Virus record (IMG/VR): IMGVR_UViG_3300039190_000120
Location: 1-64,000 of that record
Length of the DNA stretch: 64,000 nucleotides
Direction: 5' to 3' (one strand)
Source: a virus
Shown here: positions 37,672 through 47,470 of the stretch, in pieces
Numbering within the stretch: the stretch's first letter is position 1
Layout: the number at the start of each line of letters is the position of its first letter
Position numbers and translations under genes: made by a program
The notes under the pieces: model-generated
The model's input: the letters and a program-made list of their open reading frames with translations, nothing else
Told to the model about the DNA's origin: nothing
The model's database searches: none

Positions 37672-40600
37672 TTATGACATACTGCGGGCTCGTTCCCATT
37701 CCTCAAGTACCTTGAGGATGGTCCGGCGGATCTCACTCTGGTTCCCGCCGTTGATGAAGAAGTTGGCGTGCATCGTGTTTCCACCACCCCCACCACCGCC
37801 ACTCGAACCACCGGATGCTCCAGCCTTTTTGAGAAGCTCGGGTACGAACTGACCCTTAGAACCGGCCACCGTATTAGCGAGGGATTCTTGATCAACCACA
37901 ATGTCGCCCGGCTGTAGGCTCAGGAAGGGGATACCCTTCGTCATAATACGAGCATCACCGGCTTCTTTGGGCTTAGCAGGCCTGATCCCGTAAGAGTCCA
38001 CAATATCCTTCGCAAGAGGATTGTTCTCGAACATCTTGATGGCATCTTTATTGCCTGCCTGATATTCGTTAACCAAGTGCGCTGCCTCATCCCTAGAGAC
38101 CTCGAAATCTGCTGCCAAGTCTGATACAGCTTGTTTGTAGGTCTGGGCTTTAATCTGCCGGTCAACCAGCTTCTTAATCGCCTTGTCAGAAAGCATGATA
38201 CCTTTTTCTTCCAGCACTGCCTTCGTTTCCTTTTGTATCGTCTCAGAGTCCTCTGCAAAAACATTGCCCTCGTCCAGCTTCTTTTTCATCACCTCGTCCA
38301 GCTCGTCACGAGCCTGAGACAGCATGATGGCCTCGTCTAGAAGTTTTTTGAGGTCCTCCCCCTCGTAGGTCTTACCGTCTCTGATAACCTTCGTTAGCTT
38401 TCCATAGTTTTTATCTTTTCGTCCACGGAAGTTGTCTACCCATTCATCCCCATACTTGAACCTCTTAGTTCCGTCAGCGAGGCTTTGGTCAAGCAATGCC
38501 TTCCCGGATGCAGCGTGTTTGTCATACTCTTCCCGTGATTTGATTCCAGTACGGGCAGAGCGTCCAGCATCCTCAATCCCCATCCCGGAATCTAGCAGGC
38601 GGCGCTCTGCTGCGTTCTGACGGAGAGAGCCCTCCAGCTCTGCTATCCGCTCACGAGCAGCGGTGGCACTATCTTCATCGCCATCCTCCTGAGCCAGTTT
38701 TAGAGTCTCTCTCGCAGAACGGAGGCCTCGTCGAGTTTCGGCATCCTCCTTCATCAGGTTGACCCGGCGCTCCTTCTCGGGACCTTGCCCCCCAAAGAAG
38801 TCGACGATAGCGCTGTAAATGTCCAACACTACCTCGTAGATCCCGGATACTAGATCCATCATCTTGTACTTGAGGGTGTCCAGCATGGACCTCTGCATAT
38901 CAGCCTGCTTTTCAGCCAGAGTCTTCTGGTTCTTCTGCTCTTCCAGCATCTCCTCCTGTTTATCCTTCGTCATGTACTCCATCAAGTCGGACCAGTTCAT
39001 GTTCTGTAGTTCAGCGGCCTCTACAGAATAGCCCATCTTCTCAGCCATCTCTTGGAAGGACTCAGGATCTTCTGCGGCGGCCTGACGGAGAAGCTCAAGA
39101 TCACCGGACATAGAGGACTTGAGGCTCTTGAGCATACGAAGCTGGTCCTCACTGTATCCCTGTGACTCGGCAAGAACAGAGTTGATGTTCTCCAGCGGCA
39201 TCCCCAGCTTCCCTGTGAGGTCTCCAATCTGGAGTGCAATCTGATCTCCCAGAGCGAAGTCTCCCATGATACCCTGAAGCTCCAGCTCATTGTTCTTGTC
39301 GGCCTCTAAGATACGGCGGTACTTGTCAAACTTCTCGCCGGTCTTGTTGTCGAGGCGGTTGAGTGTGGCGTCAAGCATGTTCTTTTGCTTGGCCGTCATC
39401 TTTTCCATCGCACCCTCAAAGCCGAACTTATCAAAGAGCTTCTCAGCACCTCCACCCATCTTCTCAAAGGCTTTCTGAATCACCTGAGGATCGAGGGACT
39501 TCTCCACCGACTTCTGGGCCTTTTCAGCCATCTTAGCTACTTTGCTAATGCCGTTAACCGCGATCATCGAGACACGCTCGACGGCAGACATATTTTTGAT
39601 TGCTGTGGATAGCGTCTGGACAAAATCTTCGGCACTCTTGGCGTCCATGATATTGGTGAGCTTGCTGAAGAGGGCCGCCGTCTCTTGGATCTTGTAGTTG
39701 TAGAGGCCCATCTCACCTACCACATTCTGGACGGTGGAGTAGAACTTCTTGGTACTCACACCGGCCTCTTGTGCAAATGAGATCACCTGAGTCATGGTAT
39801 CCATCGCCTCGTCAAACGACTGCTGTGTTACATCACCCAAGGTACCAATCAGCTCGGCAGCCTCGGTGGCATCCACACCAAGTGCTAGCGCTCGGGTCTG
39901 AACCTCCATCAGCATTTCCTTTGAGCTGACACCTTCATCACGAATATCCCCCATAAGCATACCAGCTTCATGGAGGCCAGTCGTAATACCCGCCATCTCT
40001 TCGGGATCTAGACCCATCATCCGAAGGTCCATATCCGTCATGACGGTATTACGGAACTCACGCATAGCCTCTTCTGAGTCTGCCAGCTTGTCCTCAAAGT
40101 TCGTGTAGTTGGTAGAGGCCATCTCCACGAGCGAGACGTTCTTGAGCATGGACTTGTTGATGTCCTTGACCTTGGCGTCTAGATCTAGGAACAGCTTGAC
40201 AATGGTGCCAATAGCTCCTGCAGCGATAGCCAGAGGACCGGCGATCTTGGCAAACTTACCTAGCGCTCCTGCCAGCTTACCTGCGGTGCCCCCAGCACCC
40301 CCCTTCATCTGGGCATCAAAGGCTCGCTTCTGGCCCTGCTCCCCGATGTTTTTAGCCCCGGACCCCAAGGTCTGTGCAAACCCCTTCACATCGCCCGACC
40401 GGAGAGCTTGGATAGCGTTCATACCGCCGCCCAGAGCATCCCCGCTCAGGTCTGCTAGGGACTTTTTCTCGGTATTGACGAGCTTATCAAACTCCTTCTG
40501 GTGCTTCTCAAAGACCTTTCCCGTCTGGGCCATCTCGAAGGCATAGGCCTTCTTGATCTCTGCGAACCTCTCTTTGGCGGCCTTCTTGGAGTCCTCGTCA

Positions 40601-40932
40601 CCGGCCTGCATCACCTTGGCAAGACCGTCCATCTCCCCTTTCATATCCCGTAGACGCTTCTCTTGGCGGCGCATCTTGCCGGAGCTGAACATACCTCCCC
40701 ATTCTTTGGATGCACTGGAGATAGACCCCTCTAGCTCCGTGATGGAGCTGCGCATCCCCATAAACTGATTTTCCAGAGAGGCATTAGACTTCTTACCCTC
40801 CGAAGAGAATTCTTGGAAAGTAGAGAGCGCCCCTTTCAGTGACCTCTCGACATTACCAAACTGCTTCTCGACGGAGGCAGCACCCTGCTGCTCCACCTCG
40901 AAAATCAACTTTGTCAGTTCTTGATCAGCCAT
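37672..40932 (-). CDS. tail tape measure protein
   Basis: 1086 aa, helical, Ala/Gly/Lys/Glu-rich; lies between chaperone-like and baseplate genes. Confidence 0.8.
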   Translation of the reverse strand: MADQELTKLIFEVEQQGAASVEKQFGNVERSLKGALSTFQEFSSEGKKSNASLENQFMGMRSSITELEGSISSASKEWGGMFSSGKMRRQEKRLRDMKGEMDGLAKVMQAGDEDSKKAAKERFAEIKKAYAFEMAQTGKVFEKHQKEFDKLVNTEKKSLADLSGDALGGGMNAIQALRSGDVKGFAQTLGSGAKNIGEQGQKRAFDAQMKGGAGGTAGKLAGALGKFAKIAGPLAIAAGAIGTIVKLFLDLDAKVKDINKSMLKNVSLVEMASTNYTNFEDKLADSEEAMREFRNTVMTDMDLRMMGLDPEEMAGITTGLHEAGMLMGDIRDEGVSSKEMLMEVQTRALALGVDATEAAELIGTLGDVTQQSFDEAMDTMTQVISFAQEAGVSTKKFYSTVQNVVGEMGLYNYKIQETAALFSKLTNIMDAKSAEDFVQTLSTAIKNMSAVERVSMIAVNGISKVAKMAEKAQKSVEKSLDPQVIQKAFEKMGGGAEKLFDKFGFEGAMEKMTAKQKNMLDATLNRLDNKTGEKFDKYRRILEADKNNELELQGIMGDFALGDQIALQIGDLTGKLGMPLENINSVLAESQGYSEDQLRMLKSLKSSMSGDLELLRQAAAEDPESFQEMAEKMGYSVEAAELQNMNWSDLMEYMTKDKQEEMLEEQKNQKTLAEKQADMQRSMLDTLKYKMMDLVSGIYEVVLDIYSAIVDFFGGQGPEKERRVNLMKEDAETRRGLRSARETLKLAQEDGDEDSATAARERIAELEGSLRQNAAERRLLDSGMGIEDAGRSARTGIKSREEYDKHAASGKALLDQSLADGTKRFKYGDEWVDNFRGRKDKNYGKLTKVIRDGKTYEGEDLKKLLDEAIMLSQARDELDEVMKKKLDEGNVFAEDSETIQKETKAVLEEKGIMLSDKAIKKLVDRQIKAQTYKQAVSDLAADFEVSRDEAAHLVNEYQAGNKDAIKMFENNPLAKDIVDSYGIRPAKPKEAGDARIMTKGIPFLSLQPGDIVVDQESLANTVAGSKGQFVPELLKKAGASGGSSGGGGGGGNTMHANFFINGGNQSEIRRTILKVLEEWERARSMS

Positions 40933-40946
40933 ATAGGTACGTTAGG

Positions 40947-42131
40947 TTAGGACTCGTCATCCCACTCAGAGCGTGGGTAGGACGGGCGCATTTGGTTAAG
41001 GTCATCGGAGACCCGCTCATAATGCTCACGTATGAGTGGATTCTCGGTAGACGGCTCTTCTTCTGGCTGCGTAGGTCGCCTATCAGCGGGGACGTCCTCT
41101 TCATCAATGAATCCCCACCGCAATAGAGCCGCCTCACGCTCCTCTACAGACGGCTGTTCCTCAGAGTCCCTGAGACGCTTCCTACGCTCGTAGTCCGTCA
41201 TATCTAGGTAGTCCGCAATCTCGTCTTCTGAGTATCCCTCACGTACAACACGGGGCTCCTCATGGCCTTTAGAGTCACGGCGCTCGACCGCTTTACGACG
41301 GCGCTCCTCCTGCTCATGCTTCTGTTTGAGGTAGGCATCCCGGACCTTCTTCTGGTGCTGCTCAATGATCCAATCGTGGAAGTCCTTCTCTTCCCGGTTA
41401 GCCCTTTCCATCTGGTCAAGAAGCTCTTCGGCTGTTTCGTTGGTAATGCGGATCTGATTGTTGGTGGTAACGAGGCCCGGATCTCTCCCCTCGTAGAGCG
41501 CTTCCCTACGCTTCTCCCGCTGCTTCATCTGCTTGCGGTCCGACTGGTCCATCTCTTTGATCTGCTTAGGAGCGTGCGGACTGACGCTGAACTTGGCAAG
41601 CTGGTACCTCTGGAGGTACTCTTCCTCTGCGTCCTCCATCGTATTGAAGTAGACCCACAGGCGTTGGTGCATGTTGACACCCATATGCTCCGTACCCTCA
41701 AAGCCGGTGCATCTGGGGTCACAGGGAGAATTACCCTTGAGCATGTACCACGACTGGCGGCTCTGGGGACCATAGGAATACCCCTCTACCATCCTTAGGC
41801 ACGACGCAGCTCTCCTGTTGATATTGTCAGCACAGGTGAGGAGAGCGATCAACACCCGGTCGGGCAGAGACATATAGATCTCTGCTAAGGTGGGTACATG
41901 CTTCCTTCTCTCGGGGAGGATGCTTTCGTGGTTGAAAAAGAGGGTGGAGTACGCCAAGAAAAAAGAGGCCTGACGCTTCCAACCCTCCTCTTCGGAATAG
42001 GATTGGAGGTCGATCAGCTCGTATTCAGATTGATTCACGGTCTTGAGGACGATAGGCACTCCAGCCACATCGACCTCAGTTGTCAAGAATCCTCGGTACA
42101 GGAGTTTCTCAAGGCGGTTATAATCGGGCAT
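40947..42131 (-). CDS. tail assembly chaperone-like protein
   Basis: immediately upstream of the tape measure; charged C-terminus. Confidence 0.5.
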   Translation of the reverse strand: MPDYNRLEKLLYRGFLTTEVDVAGVPIVLKTVNQSEYELIDLQSYSEEEGWKRQASFFLAYSTLFFNHESILPERRKHVPTLAEIYMSLPDRVLIALLTCADNINRRAASCLRMVEGYSYGPQSRQSWYMLKGNSPCDPRCTGFEGTEHMGVNMHQRLWVYFNTMEDAEEEYLQRYQLAKFSVSPHAPKQIKEMDQSDRKQMKQREKRREALYEGRDPGLVTTNNQIRITNETAEELLDQMERANREEKDFHDWIIEQHQKKVRDAYLKQKHEQEERRRKAVERRDSKGHEEPRVVREGYSEDEIADYLDMTDYERRKRLRDSEEQPSVEEREAALLRWGFIDEEDVPADRRPTQPEEEPSTENPLIREHYERVSDDLNQMRPSYPRSEWDDES

Positions 42132-42151
42132 ATCATTGATCCCCTACCCCC

Positions 42152-43363
42152 TTAGTGTTCCTTGAAGTGGGGATTCTCGTTACCTTTAGGTGGCTGATTG
42201 AAGGAGTCCTCTCCCTCTTCCTTACCCTGCTGAGTGCGGCGGTTGAGGCGCTGGGGGTTGGCCTTCTCAAACCCCTCTGCTATCGGCAGATCACTCGTGT
42301 CAATCTGAGACTTGCGGACAACCGGTGCTTGCTGTGCCTGCTGCTGGGAAGGTAAGTTCCCTTCTTCCACACGAGGGGTCACACGGTTCAGAGGCTGCCG
42401 ACGTCTCTTGTTGAGGTTCGCCTGTGCATCTTGTTGGCGTCTACTATTCACGGGCTCCTGTGGGCGCTCTTCCTGCGGGGCTCCACCGTTACGCTCCTGC
42501 AAGATCTTCTCTTGCTCTTCAAAGTAGGCCTGCTCCTCTTCCGTGTAGGGAGTTTCGGGATCGTCAAGACGGATAAACCTTCCTCCGTCCTCTTGGGGTT
42601 CCTGAGGTGGTGCTGGCTCGTCAGGTACCTGTGAGCTTTCGTGCTCTACACTGATCGAGCCTCCTTCCATTTCCCTTTCCGCTAAGGCCTGTCGAGCTTC
42701 CTCTTCTGTGAGTGACCCAAACAGGGACCCCCTCAGATCATTTTCACTAAGATCCTCGCTTGGTTCTTTGGCAACACCAAGCTCCTCTTCCTCAGGCTCA
42801 GCCTCTGCGGGATACAGCTCGTCCTCACGGCCCAGCTCTTTGTAAAGCTCTTCACGGCGCTTCTCAACACGACGTAGCTCTTCTTCCGGGTCACGGAACT
42901 TGATCTTCTCTGCGGCCTTTTCCTCCGACTCAGACAGCATATCTGCATACTTGTTATGGAGGGCGTCGATCACGGAGGGGTCCATATCGTAGAGGAGATG
43001 GCGCACAAAAACGTGCTTCTCCATCTTGAGGGGAACACCTTCTTCATTGACCTCTCCGGTTTCGATATACTCGATGCCTCGAAAGTCAATATCACCGATA
43101 CGCATAATGGCGTGAGTAAGAGGCTCTGCCTTACGGACTGCGAAGAAGTCCATCGTAGCGTCGATGGCAATCGACTCTGCCTCTTCCTCGTACTGATCCA
43201 TGTAGGATGCGACGTACTGGTTGACCAGCTTGTGTTCACCCTGTTTGAGGGTTCGCAGGTCGATCTCCATGCCGTGGATCTCGACGGTATCTTCTAGGAT
43301 ACCTAGATTTTGGAACTTGCTTAGGCCGTTTTTGATACGGTCAAAGGTAAGGACGTTACTCAT
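42152..43363 (-). CDS. tail assembly chaperone-like protein with disordered acidic tail
   Basis: position between tube and tape measure; N-terminal V.I.G..I.LRTL resembles the neighbour's V.V.G..I.LKTV. Confidence 0.5.
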   Translation of the reverse strand: MSNVLTFDRIKNGLSKFQNLGILEDTVEIHGMEIDLRTLKQGEHKLVNQYVASYMDQYEEEAESIAIDATMDFFAVRKAEPLTHAIMRIGDIDFRGIEYIETGEVNEEGVPLKMEKHVFVRHLLYDMDPSVIDALHNKYADMLSESEEKAAEKIKFRDPEEELRRVEKRREELYKELGREDELYPAEAEPEEEELGVAKEPSEDLSENDLRGSLFGSLTEEEARQALAEREMEGGSISVEHESSQVPDEPAPPQEPQEDGGRFIRLDDPETPYTEEEQAYFEEQEKILQERNGGAPQEERPQEPVNSRRQQDAQANLNKRRRQPLNRVTPRVEEGNLPSQQQAQQAPVVRKSQIDTSDLPIAEGFEKANPQRLNRRTQQGKEEGEDSFNQPPKGNENPHFKEH

Positions 43364-43393
43364 TGGATTCCTCTACTCAAAGGGAGAATACTC

Positions 43394-44062
43394 TCACAGA
43401 TAATCTTCGACGCCTTCAAACTGGCGGTCATACTCTTCGACGAGCTGCTTGAAAATGCCTAGCTCTTTCATGTTGGCGATCTTTTCGCCTTCATCGGAGT
43501 TAGGCCACTTGTACTCAGCACCATGCAATAAAAGCTCATAACCGGCACCACCGGGGTCGAGGATATAAGGTCCCCACACCTCACTATAGCGGCGGGAGTG
43601 ATAAGTGAGCCCTACCACCTTGTCAGTACGCCCAAGCGGGTCAATGGGACGGTTCTTGAAGACGCTTACTGTGATGCCCTCGTACACACCGAAAGCCGGA
43701 ACATCGAGGTGATCTTGCCACGTCTGAATCACTGCATTGACGAGCTTACGCATCAAGTAGGGAGGGACGTAGTAATCATCACCATGAAAAGAAAACTTGA
43801 CGCCCGACACTGAATACTCGAACTTGGCACGTTGATAGTACCACGTGATGGCCCTCACAAAGATACCAGCACCCACTACAGTGACGCCTGCTGTTGACCA
43901 GACGAGGCCCGGATCGTTGAAATCTAGGGCAGCCCAGATGGTGCACAGGATACCAATGATGGTAAAGGCTCCTGCCGTCCAGCTCATATTACGAGCGAAC
44001 CGGAGGCGCTTGGCATCCTCATTGGGTACCGGATACTTGTCTGCGGTAAGTAGCTTCGACAT
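43394..44062 (-). CDS. 2-TM membrane protein
   Basis: two N-terminal hydrophobic helices then a soluble domain; TAATG coupling. Confidence 0.65.
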   Translation of the reverse strand: MSKLLTADKYPVPNEDAKRLRFARNMSWTAGAFTIIGILCTIWAALDFNDPGLVWSTAGVTVVGAGIFVRAITWYYQRAKFEYSVSGVKFSFHGDDYYVPPYLMRKLVNAVIQTWQDHLDVPAFGVYEGITVSVFKNRPIDPLGRTDKVVGLTYHSRRYSEVWGPYILDPGGAGYELLLHGAEYKWPNSDEGEKIANMKELGIFKQLVEEYDRQFEGVEDYL

Positions 44063-46698
44063 TAGAGATCCTCGTCATTCAGATAGGTGGTGGCGACCTT
44101 GGAGGCAAGCGTTTTGAATCCCGTAGAGTCTGTGATTTCCGCCATATAGGCTTCGTGTTCCTTCACCATGCGCTCTAGGTGGGGATAGAACCACTCACGT
44201 AGCTGCGTGCTATTGATTCCATCACCCGCTTCAAATGCGTGAGGTAGGATCTCTAGCATATCACTTCTATGCAACACATCACGTGAGGTATTGAGTAGGA
44301 ACTCCAGACGCTCGACAGCCTTTTCCTTAGAGTAGTCAGAGTCTGGCAGCTTCGAGTCGTAGTTGCTGTGGCTGAACATGTGGGAGCCGTCATTAAACCT
44401 GACGGTAACACCGCCATGCGTGCTCAGCTCAACACCAACGACTTCGGCACCCCTCTGCGGAATACTCTCCAAAGAGGTGGTGATAGCGGCCTGCTTGTTG
44501 ATCGAGCTATCACGGCCCTCGAAGTAGTTGTCCTTCTTGCAGCGAGGGGAGCCGGGTTTCTTGTATTTGCAGTTATGGGCAATCATTCCATTTGCCACAA
44601 AAGATACATCTTCGGGAACACTAACGTCATACACATCAGTCTCCCCTTGAGCCTCTACCTGTGTGACTCTATCAAAGTAATACCCATGATTCATAAGCTC
44701 ACGAATATTATCAACAACACCTTCGGTGCCTCTACAGGATTCTAAGGCGTCCCACTTGCGGAGTAGACGTGAGAGGCTCACCCTTTTGGTGCCGGGAAAT
44801 GCTGACCTAACCTTGCTACCTAATTTAAGAAGGGACTCAGCCGGGATCATCTCAAACTCGGACCCCCTCTGACGCTGGCGATCTCCAGATACGGCCACCT
44901 TCTTAAATGCCGTTCCTATCTGATCTCGGTATTTCACCACCATAGGCTTACTGTGTACCCGGACATTAAAATAGCCACGAGCGTTACATTCGAGACTGGC
45001 AGGTATACCAAAGTTCAGTAGAAGCAGGTGTAGCTGACGGGCTAGAGGCTCAGAGGAGGTAGACAAGTCAACACGGTTCAGGTGGTCGGAGTCTCCAGTG
45101 TACCCATCACCCTCGACGAAACCTACCAAGAATTCCCTCACCATCTCACGAGGCGCTTCCATAATAATGGAAGGTACCTGCTTGTCGTGAGCTGTTCCCG
45201 GAGGTAGACCTAAAGCCTCAAAAAACTCTCTATACCAGCGTGTTCTGAGACGAACCTTCCCGCAATCTTTCCACCCTTCCTCGGACCTATCTCGCCACTC
45301 TACGATAGGCTCCTGTCCAAATACCTCTTTTGAGCAGCGAACAAAATCCCTAATGAGTCGGGGATCGGTGTTGGAGAACTCCACACCTTCTTCCGTTACA
45401 GATCCTTCAGCAACTAAGTAGCCCAGCAATCTCGCTAGAGCAGGAGATAGTTCTCGTGGCTGCCTAAATGGAATGACATTGTTCCATGTGTTGGTTTCAT
45501 ACCCGATCTCAGGTAGTGTGGTACGTGCTCCCCATACACCATGCGTAGGTAGCACTGCATAGCGTCCTAGAGCTTCCTGAGCCTCTACCCATTCCGTACT
45601 GTAATCATTCTCGTTAAGTACGAGGATCTGGTGGTCCGGGGTACAGGTGAGGGAATAACCATGTTTAGTGTTTACGGACACCGTGGACTTGGTACCTGTA
45701 TAAATGATATGGCTAGAAGCGGCCTCTCCATATCGGGAGGCCAGTCTTACACGGGTTGGTTTAGCTTCTACCCCATCGGAGTGCATTACCTTTTGACCCG
45801 CAGCTTCGTTGTATAACTCCTCCACACTTTTAAGTCCGTTCTGTGTAGGCACTAAGGTGTTGCCTGCCACACAGTAGCGGGACCAAGCGATAGCCCACGC
45901 CTTGTCCTCGTCCATCCCCTTGTCTTTGTGCTCTTTGACGTACCGCTCGACAGTCTTAGGAATGTCCTTTGCTCTCCGTGCCATACTAGCGGCACGGGAA
46001 TCCTGAGAGAGGTAGGACGCCAGTAGACCGTTCATCTGGTCAGATCGGACTGCAATGTCCAACTGGAGATGATCGAGCAGAGCATCTAGGATCTGGAGTG
46101 CCTCATACTCTTTGACCACCAAAGCACGTTCCAACAAGCGGACCGCTTTGTCCTGAGCTTTGAGAGCACCACGTGAGGGGTCACGCTGGATACCCCCTAC
46201 CATATCAGACAGGAGAGCAGTCAGGCGGCCTTCAGCTACCCCTCCAGTATCCACACCGTCAAGTACCTCGGAGGCTGCGGACTCCACAGAGCCGGTAGGC
46301 AGGCCGATCTTGAGGTACCCGATTAGGGAGCGAATGAACTCGTGGGCGTCACGGTTGGAGAGGGAGGCATCATCATCCAGCTCTTCCCGCACCATCTGAG
46401 CCAGCTTCGTCTCGGCACGCTGCGGATCTTTGCTGGGAAAAGGGGAGAGTGCCTGCAGGATATAGCTCTTGATACCCTCGATCAGCTTCTTCTGGAAGCC
46501 ATCGGACAGGTTAGGGAGGTAGGTAGCCCGGAGGTATCTAGAGGAGACCTTGGAGGCCAGAGCGCCTTCACGGCTTCCTGTCACGACGGAGGTGCCGTTC
46601 TCTTCCATGTAGTCGAGAAGACTACGGATCGGAACCTTGAGGCCGGGCTCACGGGCTCCCATAGCAAGCAGGAGGCGTTTCAGATCGTCGGGATTCAT
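44062..46698 (-). CDS. intein-containing protein; exteins include a ChaB-like motif and the shared leader
   Basis: spliced junction reads EDKAWAIAWSRY|CKYKKPGSPRC. Confidence 0.75.
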   Translation of the reverse strand: MNPDDLKRLLLAMGAREPGLKVPIRSLLDYMEENGTSVVTGSREGALASKVSSRYLRATYLPNLSDGFQKKLIEGIKSYILQALSPFPSKDPQRAETKLAQMVREELDDDASLSNRDAHEFIRSLIGYLKIGLPTGSVESAASEVLDGVDTGGVAEGRLTALLSDMVGGIQRDPSRGALKAQDKAVRLLERALVVKEYEALQILDALLDHLQLDIAVRSDQMNGLLASYLSQDSRAASMARRAKDIPKTVERYVKEHKDKGMDEDKAWAIAWSRYCVAGNTLVPTQNGLKSVEELYNEAAGQKVMHSDGVEAKPTRVRLASRYGEAASSHIIYTGTKSTVSVNTKHGYSLTCTPDHQILVLNENDYSTEWVEAQEALGRYAVLPTHGVWGARTTLPEIGYETNTWNNVIPFRQPRELSPALARLLGYLVAEGSVTEEGVEFSNTDPRLIRDFVRCSKEVFGQEPIVEWRDRSEEGWKDCGKVRLRTRWYREFFEALGLPPGTAHDKQVPSIIMEAPREMVREFLVGFVEGDGYTGDSDHLNRVDLSTSSEPLARQLHLLLLNFGIPASLECNARGYFNVRVHSKPMVVKYRDQIGTAFKKVAVSGDRQRQRGSEFEMIPAESLLKLGSKVRSAFPGTKRVSLSRLLRKWDALESCRGTEGVVDNIRELMNHGYYFDRVTQVEAQGETDVYDVSVPEDVSFVANGMIAHNCKYKKPGSPRCKKDNYFEGRDSSINKQAAITTSLESIPQRGAEVVGVELSTHGGVTVRFNDGSHMFSHSNYDSKLPDSDYSKEKAVERLEFLLNTSRDVLHRSDMLEILPHAFEAGDGINSTQLREWFYPHLERMVKEHEAYMAEITDSTGFKTLASKVATTYLNDEDL
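44572..45873 (-). mobile_element. 434-aa intein with LAGLIDADG homing endonuclease
   Basis: starts CVAGNTLV; block B TPDHQI; LLGYLVAEG and FLVGFVEGDG; VYDVSV; ends FVANGMIAHN followed by Cys+1. Confidence 0.95.
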
Positions 46699-46717
46699 AC
46701 TCTAGACCTAGTGGTTA

Positions 46718-46753
46718 AGAAAAGGGGGAGAGGCCCTTAGAGAGCCCCTCCCC
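46718..46753 (-). terminator. rho-independent terminator after the tube gene
   Basis: GGGGAGGGGCUC/GGGCCUCUCCCC stem followed by CUUUUCUU. Confidence 0.75.
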
Positions 46754-46769
46754 GCTCATTGATCTCGGA

Positions 46770-47432
46770 TTAAGCGAGGCCAGTCGGTGCGCCCTGTCCG
46801 TTGGAATAACGGATCGAGCTGCTGGAATCCTCAAACGGGTTGTTACCCGTGCTGATGATCTCGCCGTAGGAGCTGGTACCGTCAATAATGTCAGTGACCT
46901 TGATACCTACGTTCTCTTGGACCAGTGCAGAGTCCGAAGAGTAGTCAGCACCCCAGCTTTCCATCCAGCACGCCTCGTAGAAGGTGAGGATGGCTTCATT
47001 CACGCCGTCAGACGACGGAGTAACGAGCTTGGGGCTTACCGATTCGTTGGTAGCAATCCGGCTGAATACCAGCTCTTGCTTAATGTCGAAGGGCCAGCGG
47101 TGGTGCTTGAGCGAGCGCACAAGACCGTCCGTACCGGCTTTGTATCCGAATACCTGCCAGATGTTGCTCAGGTACAGGAGGGTACGAGTGACGGAGATCG
47201 ACATTGAAGGCGTGGTGCCGGGCACCAGCTCTGCAATTTGATCACCATAGCCCATACCACGAACCTCTTCGATGGTACGGCTCTCACTCAGGCCAAAGGA
47301 ACTGAGCACGCCAACCTGACTGAAAGCAGACTTGCCGGTCGGAACAGAAAAGACCTTGTTCTTCTGGCTTACCGCAATCCGGGTGTTGGGCGTGGTTCCA
47401 CGGCGGTAGATGTAACTATCATTGTCTCGCAT
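46770..47432 (-). CDS. major tail tube protein (putative)
   Basis: GAGG RBS, own terminator, SESR..EVRG.G.GDQIAELVPG and FYEACWM; upstream of chaperones and tape measure. Confidence 0.7.
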   Translation of the reverse strand: MRDNDSYIYRRGTTPNTRIAVSQKNKVFSVPTGKSAFSQVGVLSSFGLSESRTIEEVRGMGYGDQIAELVPGTTPSMSISVTRTLLYLSNIWQVFGYKAGTDGLVRSLKHHRWPFDIKQELVFSRIATNESVSPKLVTPSSDGVNEAILTFYEACWMESWGADYSSDSALVQENVGIKVTDIIDGTSSYGEIISTGNNPFEDSSSSIRYSNGQGAPTGLA

Positions 47433-47470
47433 GGACAACCTCTCTAGGTTAAGTTAAGATCGGATCTTGA

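Noticed and set aside
40947-43363. Lambda G/GT-type programmed frameshift in the tail chaperones
   Set aside because: The two ORFs are separated by a spacer with its own GGAGG-like RBS, and no slippery heptamer is evident at the junction.
8364-47432. Bacterial contractile injection system (eCIS/T6SS) rather than a phage tail
   Set aside because: Surrounding phage-type nucleotide metabolism, homing elements, dense small ORFs and the lack of bacterial housekeeping context favour a phage, although sheath and capsid genes are not in this window.
8378-47447. Many plus-strand ORFs of 60-190 aa in the ORF track
   Set aside because: They are antisense shadows of long minus-strand structural genes, without RBS or motifs.
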